In this document: positions 42,478 through 53,599 of the stretch, in pieces
How positions within the stretch are numbered: position 1 is the stretch's first letter
Layout of the letters: each line of letters begins with the position of its first letter
Source: an uncultured Nitrososphaeraceae archaeon
Lineage (GTDB): Archaea > Thermoproteota > Nitrososphaeria > Nitrososphaerales > Nitrososphaeraceae
Length of the DNA: 64,000 nucleotides
Direction of reading: 5' to 3'
Assembly: GCA_963779615.1 (NCBI GenBank)
Contig: CAVZZA010000003.1
Location: 736,001 to 800,000, forward strand
Made by a program: the position numbers and the translations under genes
Notes under the pieces: generated by a model
The model's database searches: none
The model's input: only the letters and a program-made list of their open reading frames with translations
Told to the model about the DNA's origin: nothing

Positions 42478-42759
42478 TTATATTTTCAAGTAGTCCTGTT
42501 TACCTTTGGGAGTAAGTAGTATGTTTTCTTCATTGGAATCATCAATCAATACATAATTTTTGCTAACTAAATCTTGTTTAACGATATTTTTGAGAGTATC
42601 ATTATTGTTATCATATGCTTTTAAATGGTTTTCTCCAGCACATGCTTTATTATATATGAGATTGAAACTAACAGATTTGTATTCATCGCCTTCTGTTTCA
42701 TCAAACAGATAATTCATAAATCTCCTTCTTAATTCAATTATATCGTCCCCATAATCCAT
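42478..42759 (-). CDS. Hypothetical protein, possible winged helix
   Basis: ATG at 42759; C-terminal L.SKNYV..I.LTPKG. Confidence 0.55.
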   Translation of the reverse strand: MDYGDDIIELRRRFMNYLFDETEGDEYKSVSFNLIYNKACAGENHLKAYDNNNDTLKNIVKQDLVSKNYVLIDDSNEENILLTPKGKQDYLKI

Positions 42760-43237
42760 TATAGATACTGAATACGTTTTGCTATATTTAACTATAAGAA
42801 GACAGAAAAACAACTCCTTGCAAAAAATATCTATTTTTTAAAAGGCAGGCAATATATTTTAAACAAACTAATTGACCCAAACAGATATCACCCCAAGGTG
42901 ATAACAAGTTAAGAGAGGATTTCATTAGAATATGTTAATTAGAAAAATGACCTGTTGAGTTAACCATTCTCCAGTTAACGTAAAATACACTATCTCTGCC
43001 ATAATCATGTTAAACAATGACCAAAAGAAACGATGTTGCTGTTGCAAAATTGAATTTCTTTTCCAGAAAATAACAAAACCAGGACATTAATATAGATAAA
43101 ATGGATTATTTCAATCAGCAATATCTACTTGTTATTTGCGATAAATTTATCATCAGGTGGTTTTTAAGGCCAGAGAAATATTTTAAAAGTGTCAACTATT
43201 AAATGTATTATTTTAATATGAATATTGGATATATCTA

Positions 43238-44689
43238 ATGTCAGATTCTAATAATGTTATTAATATTAACAATGAAATTAATTGGACAAAGGTTGTAAAA
43301 AAAGAAGCGAGAGGAATTGACGATGCAGATTTTGGTGAAGTCCAAGAAATTGTTTTACACTACATATTTACTGAAAAAGGACTGGTCAACAAAGAAAAGT
43401 TTTACCTTCCAACGGATTTAGTTGCAGGATTTGATGGTGAAAAACTAAGATTTAACATATCAGAAGAGGAGGCCAAAGAAAAATTCCAGAGGGAGAGGTC
43501 CCCGTCTGCGGATGAATATGCAATATACAAGAGGAAAATAATTTCTACAGATATCGACACAGATAAACACCATAATAATGAAAATATTGCAGGATTAAAT
43601 CCGGATATTTATCCATCTAAAGAAGTTAAGGATGCCAACCAAGTAAAGCAGGAAACACACAATAATACAGAAGGTTTACCATCACAAAATAAAAAATTTA
43701 ATATAAAATCTAAAGTTGAAGACAGAGAAGCTGAAGAAAGGAGCAGTCGAGAGGCTGAAGACAAGGCAAAGCAGGAAGCCGAAAGAAGGGCACAATCAAT
43801 ACAAGACAAGGCAAAGCAGGAAGCCGAAAGAAGGGCACAATCAATACAAGACAAGGCAAAGCAGGAAGCCGAAAGAAGGGCACAATCCATAGCACAACAG
43901 GCCGAAGACAAGGCAAAGCAGGAAGCCGAAAGAAGGGCACAATCCATAGCACAACAGGCCGAAGACAAGGCAAAGCAGGAAGCCGATAGACGGTTTAGAG
44001 AAATAATTCAACAGGCCGAAGACAAGGCAAAGCAGGAAGCCGATAGACGGTTTAGAGAAATAATTCAACAGGCCGAAGACAAGGCAAAGCAGGAAGCCGA
44101 AAGAAGGGCACAATCCATAGCACAACAGGCCGAAGACAAGGCAAAGCAGGAAGCCGAAAGAAGGGCACAATCCATAGCACAACAGGCCGAAGACAAGGCA
44201 AAGCAGGAAGATGAGGTTAGAGAAAAGATAGAAGCGGATGAAAGATTCAACGCCATTAGCGAGGAAGTTGAACAAAAAGTTAGAAAAGAAGCAGCCGATA
44301 CAGCTCAATTAATAGCACAACAGGCCGAAGACAAGGCAAAGCATGAAGCCGATAGACGGTTTAGAGAAATAATTCAACAGGCCGAAGACAAGGCAAAGCA
44401 TGAAGCCGATAGACGGTTTAGAGAAATAATTCAACAGGCCGAAGACAAGGCAAAGCATGAAGATGAGGTTAAAAAAGAGTTAAGTCAAGAGAAAAGCAGA
44501 TATTTTGAAACAAACGATATCAATGAAAATAATGCATTTTTTAATCCTTTTATGATAGGCATCAACACATGGCAGAATTATTCTCTCCTCTGTATGAACA
44601 TAACAAAAGAGATGTTAAGCAATACGAGAAGAATGACTAAAGATTTTGAAAACACAATACGGAGAATCAGACAAAATACAGCGGTCTAA
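43238..44689 (+). CDS. PRC-barrel-like domain fused to helical tandem repeats
   Basis: N-terminus INW..VVKKEARG.DD.D.GEV..KEKFYLP..FDG shared with YsnF type B genes; 15/19-aa repeats AEDKAKQEAERRAQSIAQQ. Confidence 0.85.
   Translation: MSDSNNVININNEINWTKVVKKEARGIDDADFGEVQEIVLHYIFTEKGLVNKEKFYLPTDLVAGFDGEKLRFNISEEEAKEKFQRERSPSADEYAIYKRKIISTDIDTDKHHNNENIAGLNPDIYPSKEVKDANQVKQETHNNTEGLPSQNKKFNIKSKVEDREAEERSSREAEDKAKQEAERRAQSIQDKAKQEAERRAQSIQDKAKQEAERRAQSIAQQAEDKAKQEAERRAQSIAQQAEDKAKQEADRRFREIIQQAEDKAKQEADRRFREIIQQAEDKAKQEAERRAQSIAQQAEDKAKQEAERRAQSIAQQAEDKAKQEDEVREKIEADERFNAISEEVEQKVRKEAADTAQLIAQQAEDKAKHEADRRFREIIQQAEDKAKHEADRRFREIIQQAEDKAKHEDEVKKELSQEKSRYFETNDINENNAFFNPFMIGINTWQNYSLLCMNITKEMLSNTRRMTKDFENTIRRIRQNTAV
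43755..44465 (+). repeat. Intragenic 45/57-bp tandem repeats
   Basis: gacaaggcaaagca(g/t)gaag recurs about 12 times with identical DNA; two linker variants. Confidence 0.93.
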
Positions 44690-45236
44690 ATAACACAATT
44701 CAAAAGGATAATAATCAAGAAGAATAACAAATCAATATTAATAAACTAAAAATCCATTGTTTATAATTGGGGAATACTAAAAATAATATACGAATTATCA
44801 TCAAATTATAAGATAGCCCGATAATTTTTTTAATAGTAATAAGATAGATGGTATGCCATCTCAAGCATACATACAACGTATACTACTACTTTTGAACGAA
44901 CAAATCCAATGGTCTGTTCAATTATTTTATATATATTTACTAATAGCAAGAGGTTTTGTACAAAATCCATCAATTGAAAAAGATCTAAAATAGTAATCAA
45001 AGTAAAATTTTTGAAATGCGACAATCCCATAAGGCCAAAACTTCAACCTGTACAACCATTTCATTTTCAAGAATCCCTTGAACATCGCCAGAATAATCAT
45101 ATCTGTTTCTTGCTTCTTTTTAACAATTTCATTCCAATCTATCTGAACTTATAATACCATATTCTAGAAAATTAAAATAATCAACAAAAGATGTAAAAAT
45201 TTTAAAATGAGAAAAACACAACAATAGTAAAACGTA

Positions 45237-45461
45237 CTATTGATGAAATTCTCTTTCTAATGCATCTTTTAGCATACGTGTATGCTTTTCTCTATCTTGC
45301 TTAATTGTTTTCCACATATCAACCAAGTCTTGTCGGTTATCATTTTCAGCATCTTGGATATACTTGTTGATAGTATTATATAGAAAATCAGCTTCCTTTC
45401 CTAATGTCCTAAGTATATCATATGACCTATTAGATAATCCAGTATCTGTTGTTTGAGACAT
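45237..45461 (-). CDS. Small ferritin-like two-helix protein
   Basis: N..YD....L..E......KYIQDA......W..IK.D...H...L. Confidence 0.75.
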   Translation of the reverse strand: MSQTTDTGLSNRSYDILRTLGKEADFLYNTINKYIQDAENDNRQDLVDMWKTIKQDREKHTRMLKDALEREFHQ

Positions 45462-45571
45462 TAACTTTGATAAACCACTTTATGTTATTATATTTTATTT
45501 TTTGCCAGATAATCTTCCTTTATGTTTTTACATGTTTTTTATATGATTTTAATTGTTTACAAATATCAAAT

Positions 45572-46237
45572 GGCTCTGTTCACTTAAGCGTTTTCAATTC
45601 CCTGTTATGAAAATCCACAAACAGATTAAGCCAATTCATTACATGCTTTAGTTTGCATTTCTTTTTTCTGCATGGAAAGTAATCATCAAAACTCTCCGTT
45701 CTGTCCTTTATGTAATGCATTGTCCTTTCAATGATGCTTTTCTCATATGAGGAATGCAGATGATGGTTTATCTTTAAGAATCTACATGCTTGAGGGTACC
45801 ATGTTCCGCCATCTGTAGAAATTGGATGTATATCATGATGCTTGATTAGACTGGAGATAAATCGTTCTGCAACAAACATGTTCCGTTCCTTTGATATGCT
45901 AATCCCAAGAATCTCTTTACTTTTAACTTCAATAGCTACCCATAACCAAATGTATTCTGGGCCGACTTTAAGGACTGTCTCGTCTATGACATACTCTAAA
46001 ACCTTCTTTTTCTTTGATGAAATTTTTTGAGGGTTATACTTTTGTATCCAATTCCAGATAGAAACATGGTTTCGTTTTATAATGTATGATAGCCTTTCAG
46101 ATGTCCTCCTTAAAGACAGTCCCGAAAAATAAAAGTACAAACCATGGTATATGTACTCTGAAGGTGTTCTGTTTCTGATATTCACAAAGGAGATAGGACA
46201 TCTTCAAGCTATAGGCTTTCCTTAAATGAACAGAGCC
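45572..46237 (-). mobile_element. IS6 family insertion sequence, intact, 666 bp
   Basis: TIRs ggctctgttcacttaag / cttaaatgaacagagcc; perfect 8-bp TSD TATCAAAT at 45564-45571 and 46238-46245. Confidence 0.95.
45580..46185 (-). CDS. IS6 family transposase
   Basis: GLSLR, HVSIWNW, IDET, WLW.AI, TDGG.WY, IER. Confidence 0.93.
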   Translation of the reverse strand: MNIRNRTPSEYIYHGLYFYFSGLSLRRTSERLSYIIKRNHVSIWNWIQKYNPQKISSKKKKVLEYVIDETVLKVGPEYIWLWVAIEVKSKEILGISISKERNMFVAERFISSLIKHHDIHPISTDGGTWYPQACRFLKINHHLHSSYEKSIIERTMHYIKDRTESFDDYFPCRKKKCKLKHVMNWLNLFVDFHNRELKTLK

Positions 46238-46481
46238 TATCAAATAGTACTTGTCCCATAATATTTTAATGGCAAAATTCTTTACAACAATACATAAAAA
46301 AATAAAAACTTTTGCTGTTTCAATAATGACTATTGTTTTCAATTTTCAAAAATATAGTTAAAGAATAAAGAGGTAACTTTGGTTTAGTTATAAACAGCCT
46401 TAAAATATGAATTCATAAAACAGATTTGTTTTAATACACCATAAATAAATAATTTTATAATTTGTAAGTTACCGTTATGCA

Positions 46482-46847
46482 ATGCCTCACATTATAATTG
46501 AAGGTAAGAAAATTGAATTTGAATCAATATACTGCAATTTTATTAAAACAGTTGAACGAAACAACAACTACATCATAAAACTCGAGGATTCTTTCCTAAA
46601 TCAATCAAAAGATTTGATTTTGATAAAAACAACAGTTATTGAAAACAATGTAAATCAGAAATATTATATTCAATTGATGAAAAAAGAAAATCGAGTAACA
46701 GTAAGATTGGACCCAATAACAGATCCAACAAATAAAAACAATGGCGTTAAAATATCCATAGCAAAGGTTGCCAAAATGATTTTATCAGTTCATAAAGAAT
46801 CTGATGAACTTTCAATAACCAAAACTAACCTCGAAGTGTTTATCTAA
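46482..46847 (+). CDS. Hypothetical protein
   Basis: 121-aa ORF, ATG, TTTATAA upstream; RVTVRLDP.TDP motif. Confidence 0.7.
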   Translation: MPHIIIEGKKIEFESIYCNFIKTVERNNNYIIKLEDSFLNQSKDLILIKTTVIENNVNQKYYIQLMKKENRVTVRLDPITDPTNKNNGVKISIAKVAKMILSVHKESDELSITKTNLEVFI

Positions 46848-46959
46848 TTAAATAAACACACAAATCAAACACACAATAAATTCAAAGGATATTACACAAA
46901 GATAATTTATGGCAAAATTACAGCTTCCAACAAAGTATTTCTTAGACAAGATATAATTC

Positions 46960-47168
46960 TCATTGGAATGTGTTATTTAACCTGTTTAGGCAACAGGTTA
47001 AAAAGATTTATGGAATGATACTGGCATTATCAGCTGGAGGAATTTTCTACATGCCGTACTATGAAATGATACCAAAGGCGCATAAAGAAAGAGAATTGTT
47101 AGCCTCATTTGGGGCGGTGTTGTGATTTATCACAGGATTTGTTGTGGTCTTGACCATAGAATCATAAG
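46960..47168 (+). pseudogene. ZIP transporter C-terminal remnant
   Basis: ILALSAGGIFYMPYYEMIPKAHKER..SFGAVL*FITGF; approximate ends. Confidence 0.6.
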
Positions 47169-47672
47169 CGCATTCTTTCATAATTTTATAAAATTGCAGA
47201 ACAAAGATTAATAAGTACCTGTTTTTCTATGGTCAAATTCTTTTCAACGGTTTGGAATTCAAACAGGTCAAGAAATGTCACTATGATGCAATACTTGTAA
47301 GGACGCCCTACTGCATTAAATCCACAAAAACTGTCTTACCCTTGTCATTCAGGCAGATGTATACCTTAAAGTCTAATCCCGAAATCCATTATTTTAGGAT
47401 GTGAATAGTCTTATCCAAAAAAGATGACCAAGTAATTTAACAAACTCAAACTGAAGATGGTTTAATACAAAAACAAATCTCAAAAAGTAACGGATATACA
47501 AAGTGTCCTTGCATAACAGTAATTTAACTACAATTTAAATAACCTGTATAAATAAACATGTATAAAATTGGTTGAACCTGTTTTTAGACATTTTTAATTA
47601 GCAATTAGTAATTGTTGAATAAACAGAATCATAAGAAGAATACTTATTTAGTTTCAGTTGTTGAATGCTATT

Positions 47673-47864
47673 ATGGTTTTAACTTTAAATTGTAAAGATG
47701 CCGGGGACCCGGTTTGTACGCATACAATGCAAGGAGAAACAGAAGAAGAACTTTTTGAAAACGCAAAGAAACATGGAATAGAAGCCCATGGATATACAGA
47801 AGAAAGTTTCAAAGAAATTGAAAACAACAAGGATCATTTCCGAAAATTAATAAAAAGCGTATAG
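47673..47864 (+). CDS. DUF1059 family small metal-binding protein
   Basis: L.CKDAG..C.....GETEEEL......H....H. Confidence 0.85.
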   Translation: MVLTLNCKDAGDPVCTHTMQGETEEELFENAKKHGIEAHGYTEESFKEIENNKDHFRKLIKSV

Positions 47865-48245
47865 TTTTACAAACTCATTTTTTTCCATTATTGAATAAAA
47901 TATGTGATAATGACATTTAATGAAATAAGCTATTGTTATTAAAACAAGTAATGTTAACCAGCATTAACAGGGCTTTAGGTTGCCTTGCACCTAAAAATAT
48001 GATGATATCTTGTTTTCCACTGTCATGTAACGAACCCTTTTTCCGCGGTTAATATAGATAATGAAGATCATTTTCATTCTTGGCTATGAAATACAATGAT
48101 CCTTTTTTTATTTGAATCTTCACGATATAATTAACATTTGTTATTTATTGATTCATGAATTTGCTTTTGCAACTAATCAACTAGGCTGTCATTGCTCCAG
48201 TAATTCACCAATTTATATAACTACCTTTTTACTGCCAATGTAAAT

Positions 48246-49103
48246 ATGCAAGGACGAAATGTTGCACTTGTAACAGGTAGCTCAAGCGGCATAGGATTTG
48301 AAACAGTCCTCCTATTAGCCAGGAGTGGGTTTCATACGTATGCTTCTATGCGCAACCTTGAAAAGTCCAAGAAAATAACAGAAATAGCTAATAAGGAAAA
48401 ATTGCCATTGCAGGTTGTTCAGATCGATGTAAACGATGAGGGATCTGTAGAAGAAGCAATTGACAAGATAGTAGCAGAAAACAAGGGAATCGAGGTGTTG
48501 GTAAACAACGCTGGATATGGGCTTTTTGGATCTCTCGAGGACTTATCAATAGAAGAGATAAAAGCACAATTTGAAACAAACTTTTTTGGGGCAATACGGC
48601 TCACGCAGAAAGTTCTTCCTGCCATGCGGATGCAGAACAGTGGTGGCACAATAGTAAATGTAAGTTCAGTTGGAGGGCGTGTGGGTGTTCCAGTTTTGTC
48701 TGCATATAATAGCACAAAGTTTGCATTAGAAGGTTTAAGTGAATCAATGTCATATGAGCTAGAGCAATTTGGAATTAGAGTGGTCATAATTGAACCTGGT
48801 TTTATCAGAACTAACATTATGAACTCAAGCATTTCAGCAAAAAAATCTTTAGAATCAAAATCGCCATATTTTTCACTGATGCAAAAGGTACAGAACTACT
48901 TTAAATCAATGATGGACAATGCATCATCATCTTCTCCACCCGAAGAAGTGGCAAAGACTATACTGCAAGCCATAACGTCTGAAAATCCACAATTGAGATA
49001 CACTGTGGGTAATGACTCTGCCACTATAATACAAGCAAAAAGAACGATGTCAGATGCGGAGTTTGGAAATTTGATAAAGCAACAGTTTCTACCTCATTCA
49101 TAA
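48246..49103 (+). CDS. Short-chain dehydrogenase/reductase
   Basis: TGSSSGIG, NNAG, SS, YNSTK. Confidence 0.95.
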   Translation: MQGRNVALVTGSSSGIGFETVLLLARSGFHTYASMRNLEKSKKITEIANKEKLPLQVVQIDVNDEGSVEEAIDKIVAENKGIEVLVNNAGYGLFGSLEDLSIEEIKAQFETNFFGAIRLTQKVLPAMRMQNSGGTIVNVSSVGGRVGVPVLSAYNSTKFALEGLSESMSYELEQFGIRVVIIEPGFIRTNIMNSSISAKKSLESKSPYFSLMQKVQNYFKSMMDNASSSSPPEEVAKTILQAITSENPQLRYTVGNDSATIIQAKRTMSDAEFGNLIKQQFLPHS

Positions 49104-49296
49104 TGTTAAATATTTTGACTAACCATCCAAATTTTTGGAATAAAGACATAATACAATGGCTCAACCCTTCTTTGGCTTTGACTAATGGGTGGAGTTTGAC
49201 AGGCAAAGGGGTTCAATATTTTTTACATATGGATTTCACATATTTAACCCCAATAGGAAAGATTTGTATGATGATTGATATTGTTCATGTTAAAGC

Positions 49297-49665
49297 CTAA
49301 AAGAAATAATGCGATCTTTGATGAATGTATTTTTCATCTTCACTATTAAATACTGCACCACAAAAATCACAAATCAAGATTCCCAACTGCTCAATATCTC
49401 CAATTTTCAATATAGTGAGAGTATTTTCTTTCTCCATGTCTTGTACTACAACATATTCATCGATAGAATTTTTTTGTAATGAGGAGTTTAAAAGATCTTC
49501 AAACTCTTTCATAGATCCAGAAAATTCAAACACAGAAAATCTTGCAGTGCTATCTTGATTGTTGACATGATAGTTCTTCACATAAAAAGGATTTATTTCC
49601 ACTGAATTTGTAACTATTGGTATCAAGTGATCAGGAAAAAAAGACATGTCCACTATGATATTCAT
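49297..49665 (-). CDS. Hypothetical protein with C-terminal C2H2 zinc finger
   Basis: CDFCGAVF.SEDEKYIHQRSH. Confidence 0.75.
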   Translation of the reverse strand: MNIIVDMSFFPDHLIPIVTNSVEINPFYVKNYHVNNQDSTARFSVFEFSGSMKEFEDLLNSSLQKNSIDEYVVVQDMEKENTLTILKIGDIEQLGILICDFCGAVFNSEDEKYIHQRSHYFF

Positions 49666-49825
49666 GATTTTATCCTTTTCTATTACCTGATTGTATTATT
49701 ATGTATTATTAATGTAATATTTCTGATTGATTTTGTAAATCCTTTATAATAATAATTTTTACAAATGGACTTTAACCTTATTTGGGTTTGAATTCACATA
49801 CAAAATCAAAAAATATAATTATGAA

Positions 49826-50167
49826 TCAGGCACCTTTATCTGATTCATCCCAAATAAGATTATTTGAATTGACCGTTATATCCGCTAATTCATCATATAT
49901 CTGATTTAATAAACTCTGGGCAGTCGTGACATTGCCAATATTAACTTCTGATTGTGTACTATTTACAAGGTTTTTTATTTTTAATATAGAATCGTCAAGT
50001 TGAAAAGAAGCATCATCAGTCATGTTAGTATTGTTACCAATGCTAATATATGATACTTTTTGTGCATGTGTGTTTTCAATGGAATTGAAGTTTACAAAAA
50101 AAATCATAGTTGTCATTAATGCAAATAAAGAATAAAACAGAATTTTATTATCATTTTTGTCTACCAT
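49826..50167 (-). CDS. Exported hypothetical protein
   Basis: Hydrophobic N-terminus with HAQ cleavage-like site; N-x-S/T sequons. Confidence 0.65.
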   Translation of the reverse strand: MVDKNDNKILFYSLFALMTTMIFFVNFNSIENTHAQKVSYISIGNNTNMTDDASFQLDDSILKIKNLVNSTQSEVNIGNVTTAQSLLNQIYDELADITVNSNNLIWDESDKGA

Positions 50168-50661
50168 GCTATATTTTTTTCTTTATTTTAACTATAAAAG
50201 GATTATCATAGTCTTTTCATTCGCTAAGAATCGCAATATATCCATCGTCCTTTGTACGTCAATAACACCTGTGCACATATTCAGCTTTTTACTATTAATT
50301 AGTTGATAAGAAGAAGGAGAAGAAAAATGAAGAAAAATAGAGATAGCAACAAACTAAATATAAAATCATTAGAATGATAAATGCCCTCTACCATGAAGTT
50401 AATACCACTGCCCATTACTGGTGAATCAAAGTAAGAAATCTCGCTCATTTTTAGAATAAACAATCAGAAAAATTGACATACAATAAAACTGCGAAAGAGC
50501 AAGTAAAATAGAAAAATCACAGATCACCTAATGGATACCATCAAGTCTTAATGTGTTATGAATCAACAGATGAAAAGTACATGCTGATTCAATGGATCTG
50601 GATTTGGCTGAACACAATAGCTGCACTTTTACTCCCTTACATAATTATAAGCCATAATTAA

Positions 50662-51173
50662 AATGGTGTTAACCAAGTAAAGTAAAAAAAATTCCACATG
50701 GATATCACTCGAGTACACCTATCTGAATGTAAAAGGCGGTGCAAGGGCCATAGACTTTTATAAAAAAGCATGTGGAGCCAAAGAACTAGTGTATATGATG
50801 GCTCCAGACGGAAAAGCAGTGGCTCATGCAGAACTTTATAGGTGATTCCAAATTAACGCTAGCAGACGAAATTCCAGAGATGAAAAATCCTTCACCTACA
50901 ACTTCAGGTGAAGTTCAGGCGGAATTTTTTGTGTGTGAAGATTGGGACAAAACCTTTAATCAGGCAGTTGCAGAAGGAGCAAAAATATTGTACTCGGTTG
51001 AGGAGCAATTTTGGGGAGACCGACATGAAGTATTGAAGATCCAATTGGACACAGATGGTCAATATCAATCCGTGTCAGACCTTAGTCCAGAAGAGATGGA
51101 AAAAGCAGAAGAAGAAGCAATGTCAAAATTTGTGAAAAGAAAACAAATTAACATCATAATTAAAAAAATATAA
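50662..51173 (+). pseudogene. VOC/glyoxalase (PhnB-like), multiple frameshifts
   Basis: IPHGYHS, YLNVKGGARAIDFYKKA, MAPDG..AHAEL, IGDSKL.LADE, EQFWGDR spread over different frames. Confidence 0.8.
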
Positions 51174-51592
51174 AAAACTGAATACAGTTCAAATTATCTT
51201 TTATTTGCATCCATGTATTTTGCACCAAATCCACTGATACTTTATCTTTAATTATACAATTCATTGAACCCCTTTACCCATCCGAATCAAATCCTCTTTC
51301 CCATTACACATGGACAGGTATACTCGTTTTTTCACCAGAACATCACTAATCGTATTGAAATCTCATATATCTTAATGTGGATTAATCAAAATAACTTGGT
51401 TTATAACAACAGGTTAACTGAAAGTAAAGAGAATAAGTTTTACAGGGAAACAAAAAAGTCAACAGAAATCGGAAAAAATCTATTGATCCTATCAAAAAAC
51501 TATCCCTGTAGTTATTCTTTTTATAGAAACAAAGTCAATGATAAGCCAACTCGAAAGTTATTTAAATTTATTTACCTTAACTAAAACCATAT

Positions 51593-52276
51593 TTGAACGA
51601 GAGTAAGATTCAAACTAATAAAGGCACCCACCATTCTGCAATCAATCAAAACAATCTACCTTTAACTGTGGGAATTTTGATCTTTGATGAAGTAGAAGTC
51701 TTGGACGTCACAGGACCTTTCGAAGTATTTTCAGCAACTCGTTTAAACGAAGAACGACGGTTTAGCGAACCGTCTCCTTTTAAACTCGCGTTAATATCAG
51801 AAACTTTGAAGACAATCATTGCTACTGGGGGCTTACGTTTGACACCAGATGTGACTTTTGACAGCAATGTAAAATTAGATTTATTGATAGTGCCTGGCGG
51901 TAGGGGCACACGTAGAGAGGTAGACAATACAAAACTCATCCAATGGATTTCAAAGCAAGCATCCGGGACTCCTTTGACTGCATCAGTTTGTACAGGTTCA
52001 TCTCTCCTTGGAAAAGCAGGGTTGTTGGATGGACGAATTGCTACCACTCATTGGAAAGCTTTTGATTTTCTACGACTATCTGCACCTAAAGCTCACATAC
52101 TGACAGATGTTCAATTTACCATGGTAGAACCAATATTTACTTCAGCAGGTGTTGCCTCCGGAATTGACTTATCTTTACGGATTGTAAGCTATTTCTTTGG
52201 AACTGAGATGGGCCAGGCTACTGCTCATTATATGCAATACCCATATCCAGCAAATGATTTACTAAGGGAGAATTAA
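51593..52276 (+). CDS. DJ-1/PfpI family protein (InhA-like)
   Basis: E.LD.TGP.EVF, LIVPGG, SVCTG, ATTHW, TSAGV.SGID. Confidence 0.92.
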   Translation: MNESKIQTNKGTHHSAINQNNLPLTVGILIFDEVEVLDVTGPFEVFSATRLNEERRFSEPSPFKLALISETLKTIIATGGLRLTPDVTFDSNVKLDLLIVPGGRGTRREVDNTKLIQWISKQASGTPLTASVCTGSSLLGKAGLLDGRIATTHWKAFDFLRLSAPKAHILTDVQFTMVEPIFTSAGVASGIDLSLRIVSYFFGTEMGQATAHYMQYPYPANDLLREN

Positions 52277-52633
52277 AACGCAAAAGACGAGTTCTTATAT
52301 ACACAAAGATTGGATTTGAGCGGCTACATGCAAATCAAATGACATCATTAAGTGTAATTATCAAATACCTACCCACAATCCCCTAGCACACCTAATGGAT
52401 TCAAACTCCACTTTAGCCCCTCAAAACAAAAACTAGGCTAAAACATCATTTAAAAACTTGGATATTTGGGTATTGTGCCACATAGTAATTTATATAAAAT
52501 TGGATATACCGTACAATCACGGTTTATTTAAAACCTTTTAAGGAAACATTGAATTTGACAATGATAAAAAAAACAACAGACACATTTACCCATAATAAGA
52601 AATTTCTTTGTTTGTAGTGCTAGCATTGTGTCT

Positions 52634-53530
52634 TTACATATTCATTTCTGCTTGCAATACTGATTCATCACTCATTTCTTTTTTACTCTGATTGATATCA
52701 CCAGGGGCAGTTTTCTTGTCGTGTAACATATCCATTTTATCCCCCCCATTGTTTTGGATATCCATATTCATGGTAGTTTCGTAAAGTGTAACAATTCCAC
52801 AAATGCTTGAGAGACCTACAATGACGAGAGCAATTCCTACCGCTCTTGCAATCCATATCCCTTTAGACCACATCTTTTCACAAAAAATTATCAATGCGAA
52901 CAGCCCCATCCACACTAGACTCATCCAACCTAAAGCTATCATAATTAGAAAATATGGCCAGCAACATCCAAGACAATAAAGTCCATGATACGCACCCATT
53001 TTAATTGCTCCAATTTTTCCCTCTTTCCATCTTTTCATAAAGAAACTTAGGGGAGACTCGCAGTAGCCTATGCATTTATTTTTCAAGGGTGAAAACTGAT
53101 AGACACCAGAGATAATCAAAATGGAACCAAATATGATACCAAGATATTTACTTTCAAAACTTATAACACTATTCATAGGGACAGACCAGCTAAATAGCAT
53201 GCCCAATCCTGCTAACGCCCAGATTACAAGGTATATTCCCACAAAGAGTATGACTTTAAAAGTAATTGAGATTTTTCTCTCTGTTACTATTGTGGATGAA
53301 TCTATTTGTTTGTTCATATTTAGTTTATTATAAAGAAGAACCATCGGTACTATGGCTGGAAACATCATTGAAGCCATACCCACTGTCCAGCTTGCTGTAA
53401 ATAATGAAATCGATATAGGATTGTAGGTCATCATCAGACTCATCATGTCCGGCTGAACTGCAGATAATAGCCATGATAATGTTGCAGTCGATAGGAGTGA
53501 AATAATGATAATTTTTTGTATGTTATCCAT
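52634..53530 (-). CDS. DUF2182 predicted metal-binding membrane protein
   Basis: M..MM.P, YQFSPLK..C...C..P, G.YC.GCCW..M. Confidence 0.9.
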   Translation of the reverse strand: MDNIQKIIIISLLSTATLSWLLSAVQPDMMSLMMTYNPISISLFTASWTVGMASMMFPAIVPMVLLYNKLNMNKQIDSSTIVTERKISITFKVILFVGIYLVIWALAGLGMLFSWSVPMNSVISFESKYLGIIFGSILIISGVYQFSPLKNKCIGYCESPLSFFMKRWKEGKIGAIKMGAYHGLYCLGCCWPYFLIMIALGWMSLVWMGLFALIIFCEKMWSKGIWIARAVGIALVIVGLSSICGIVTLYETTMNMDIQNNGGDKMDMLHDKKTAPGDINQSKKEMSDESVLQAEMNM

Positions 53531-53599
53531 CAGTGGTCATCAATGAAAAATCCAGGAATGGTCCTTTAAATCCGATGCCCTAGTGTCATCAAATAGGAT

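Noticed and set aside
43755-44465. Repeat array as CRISPR, or Cys-rich antisense ORFs (43609..44308 minus)
   Set aside because: Periods are multiples of 3 within a + strand ORF; antisense ORFs are shadows of the repeat
51264-51584. 106-aa ORF upstream of the DJ-1 gene
   Set aside because: TTG start, non-coding-like composition, no motif
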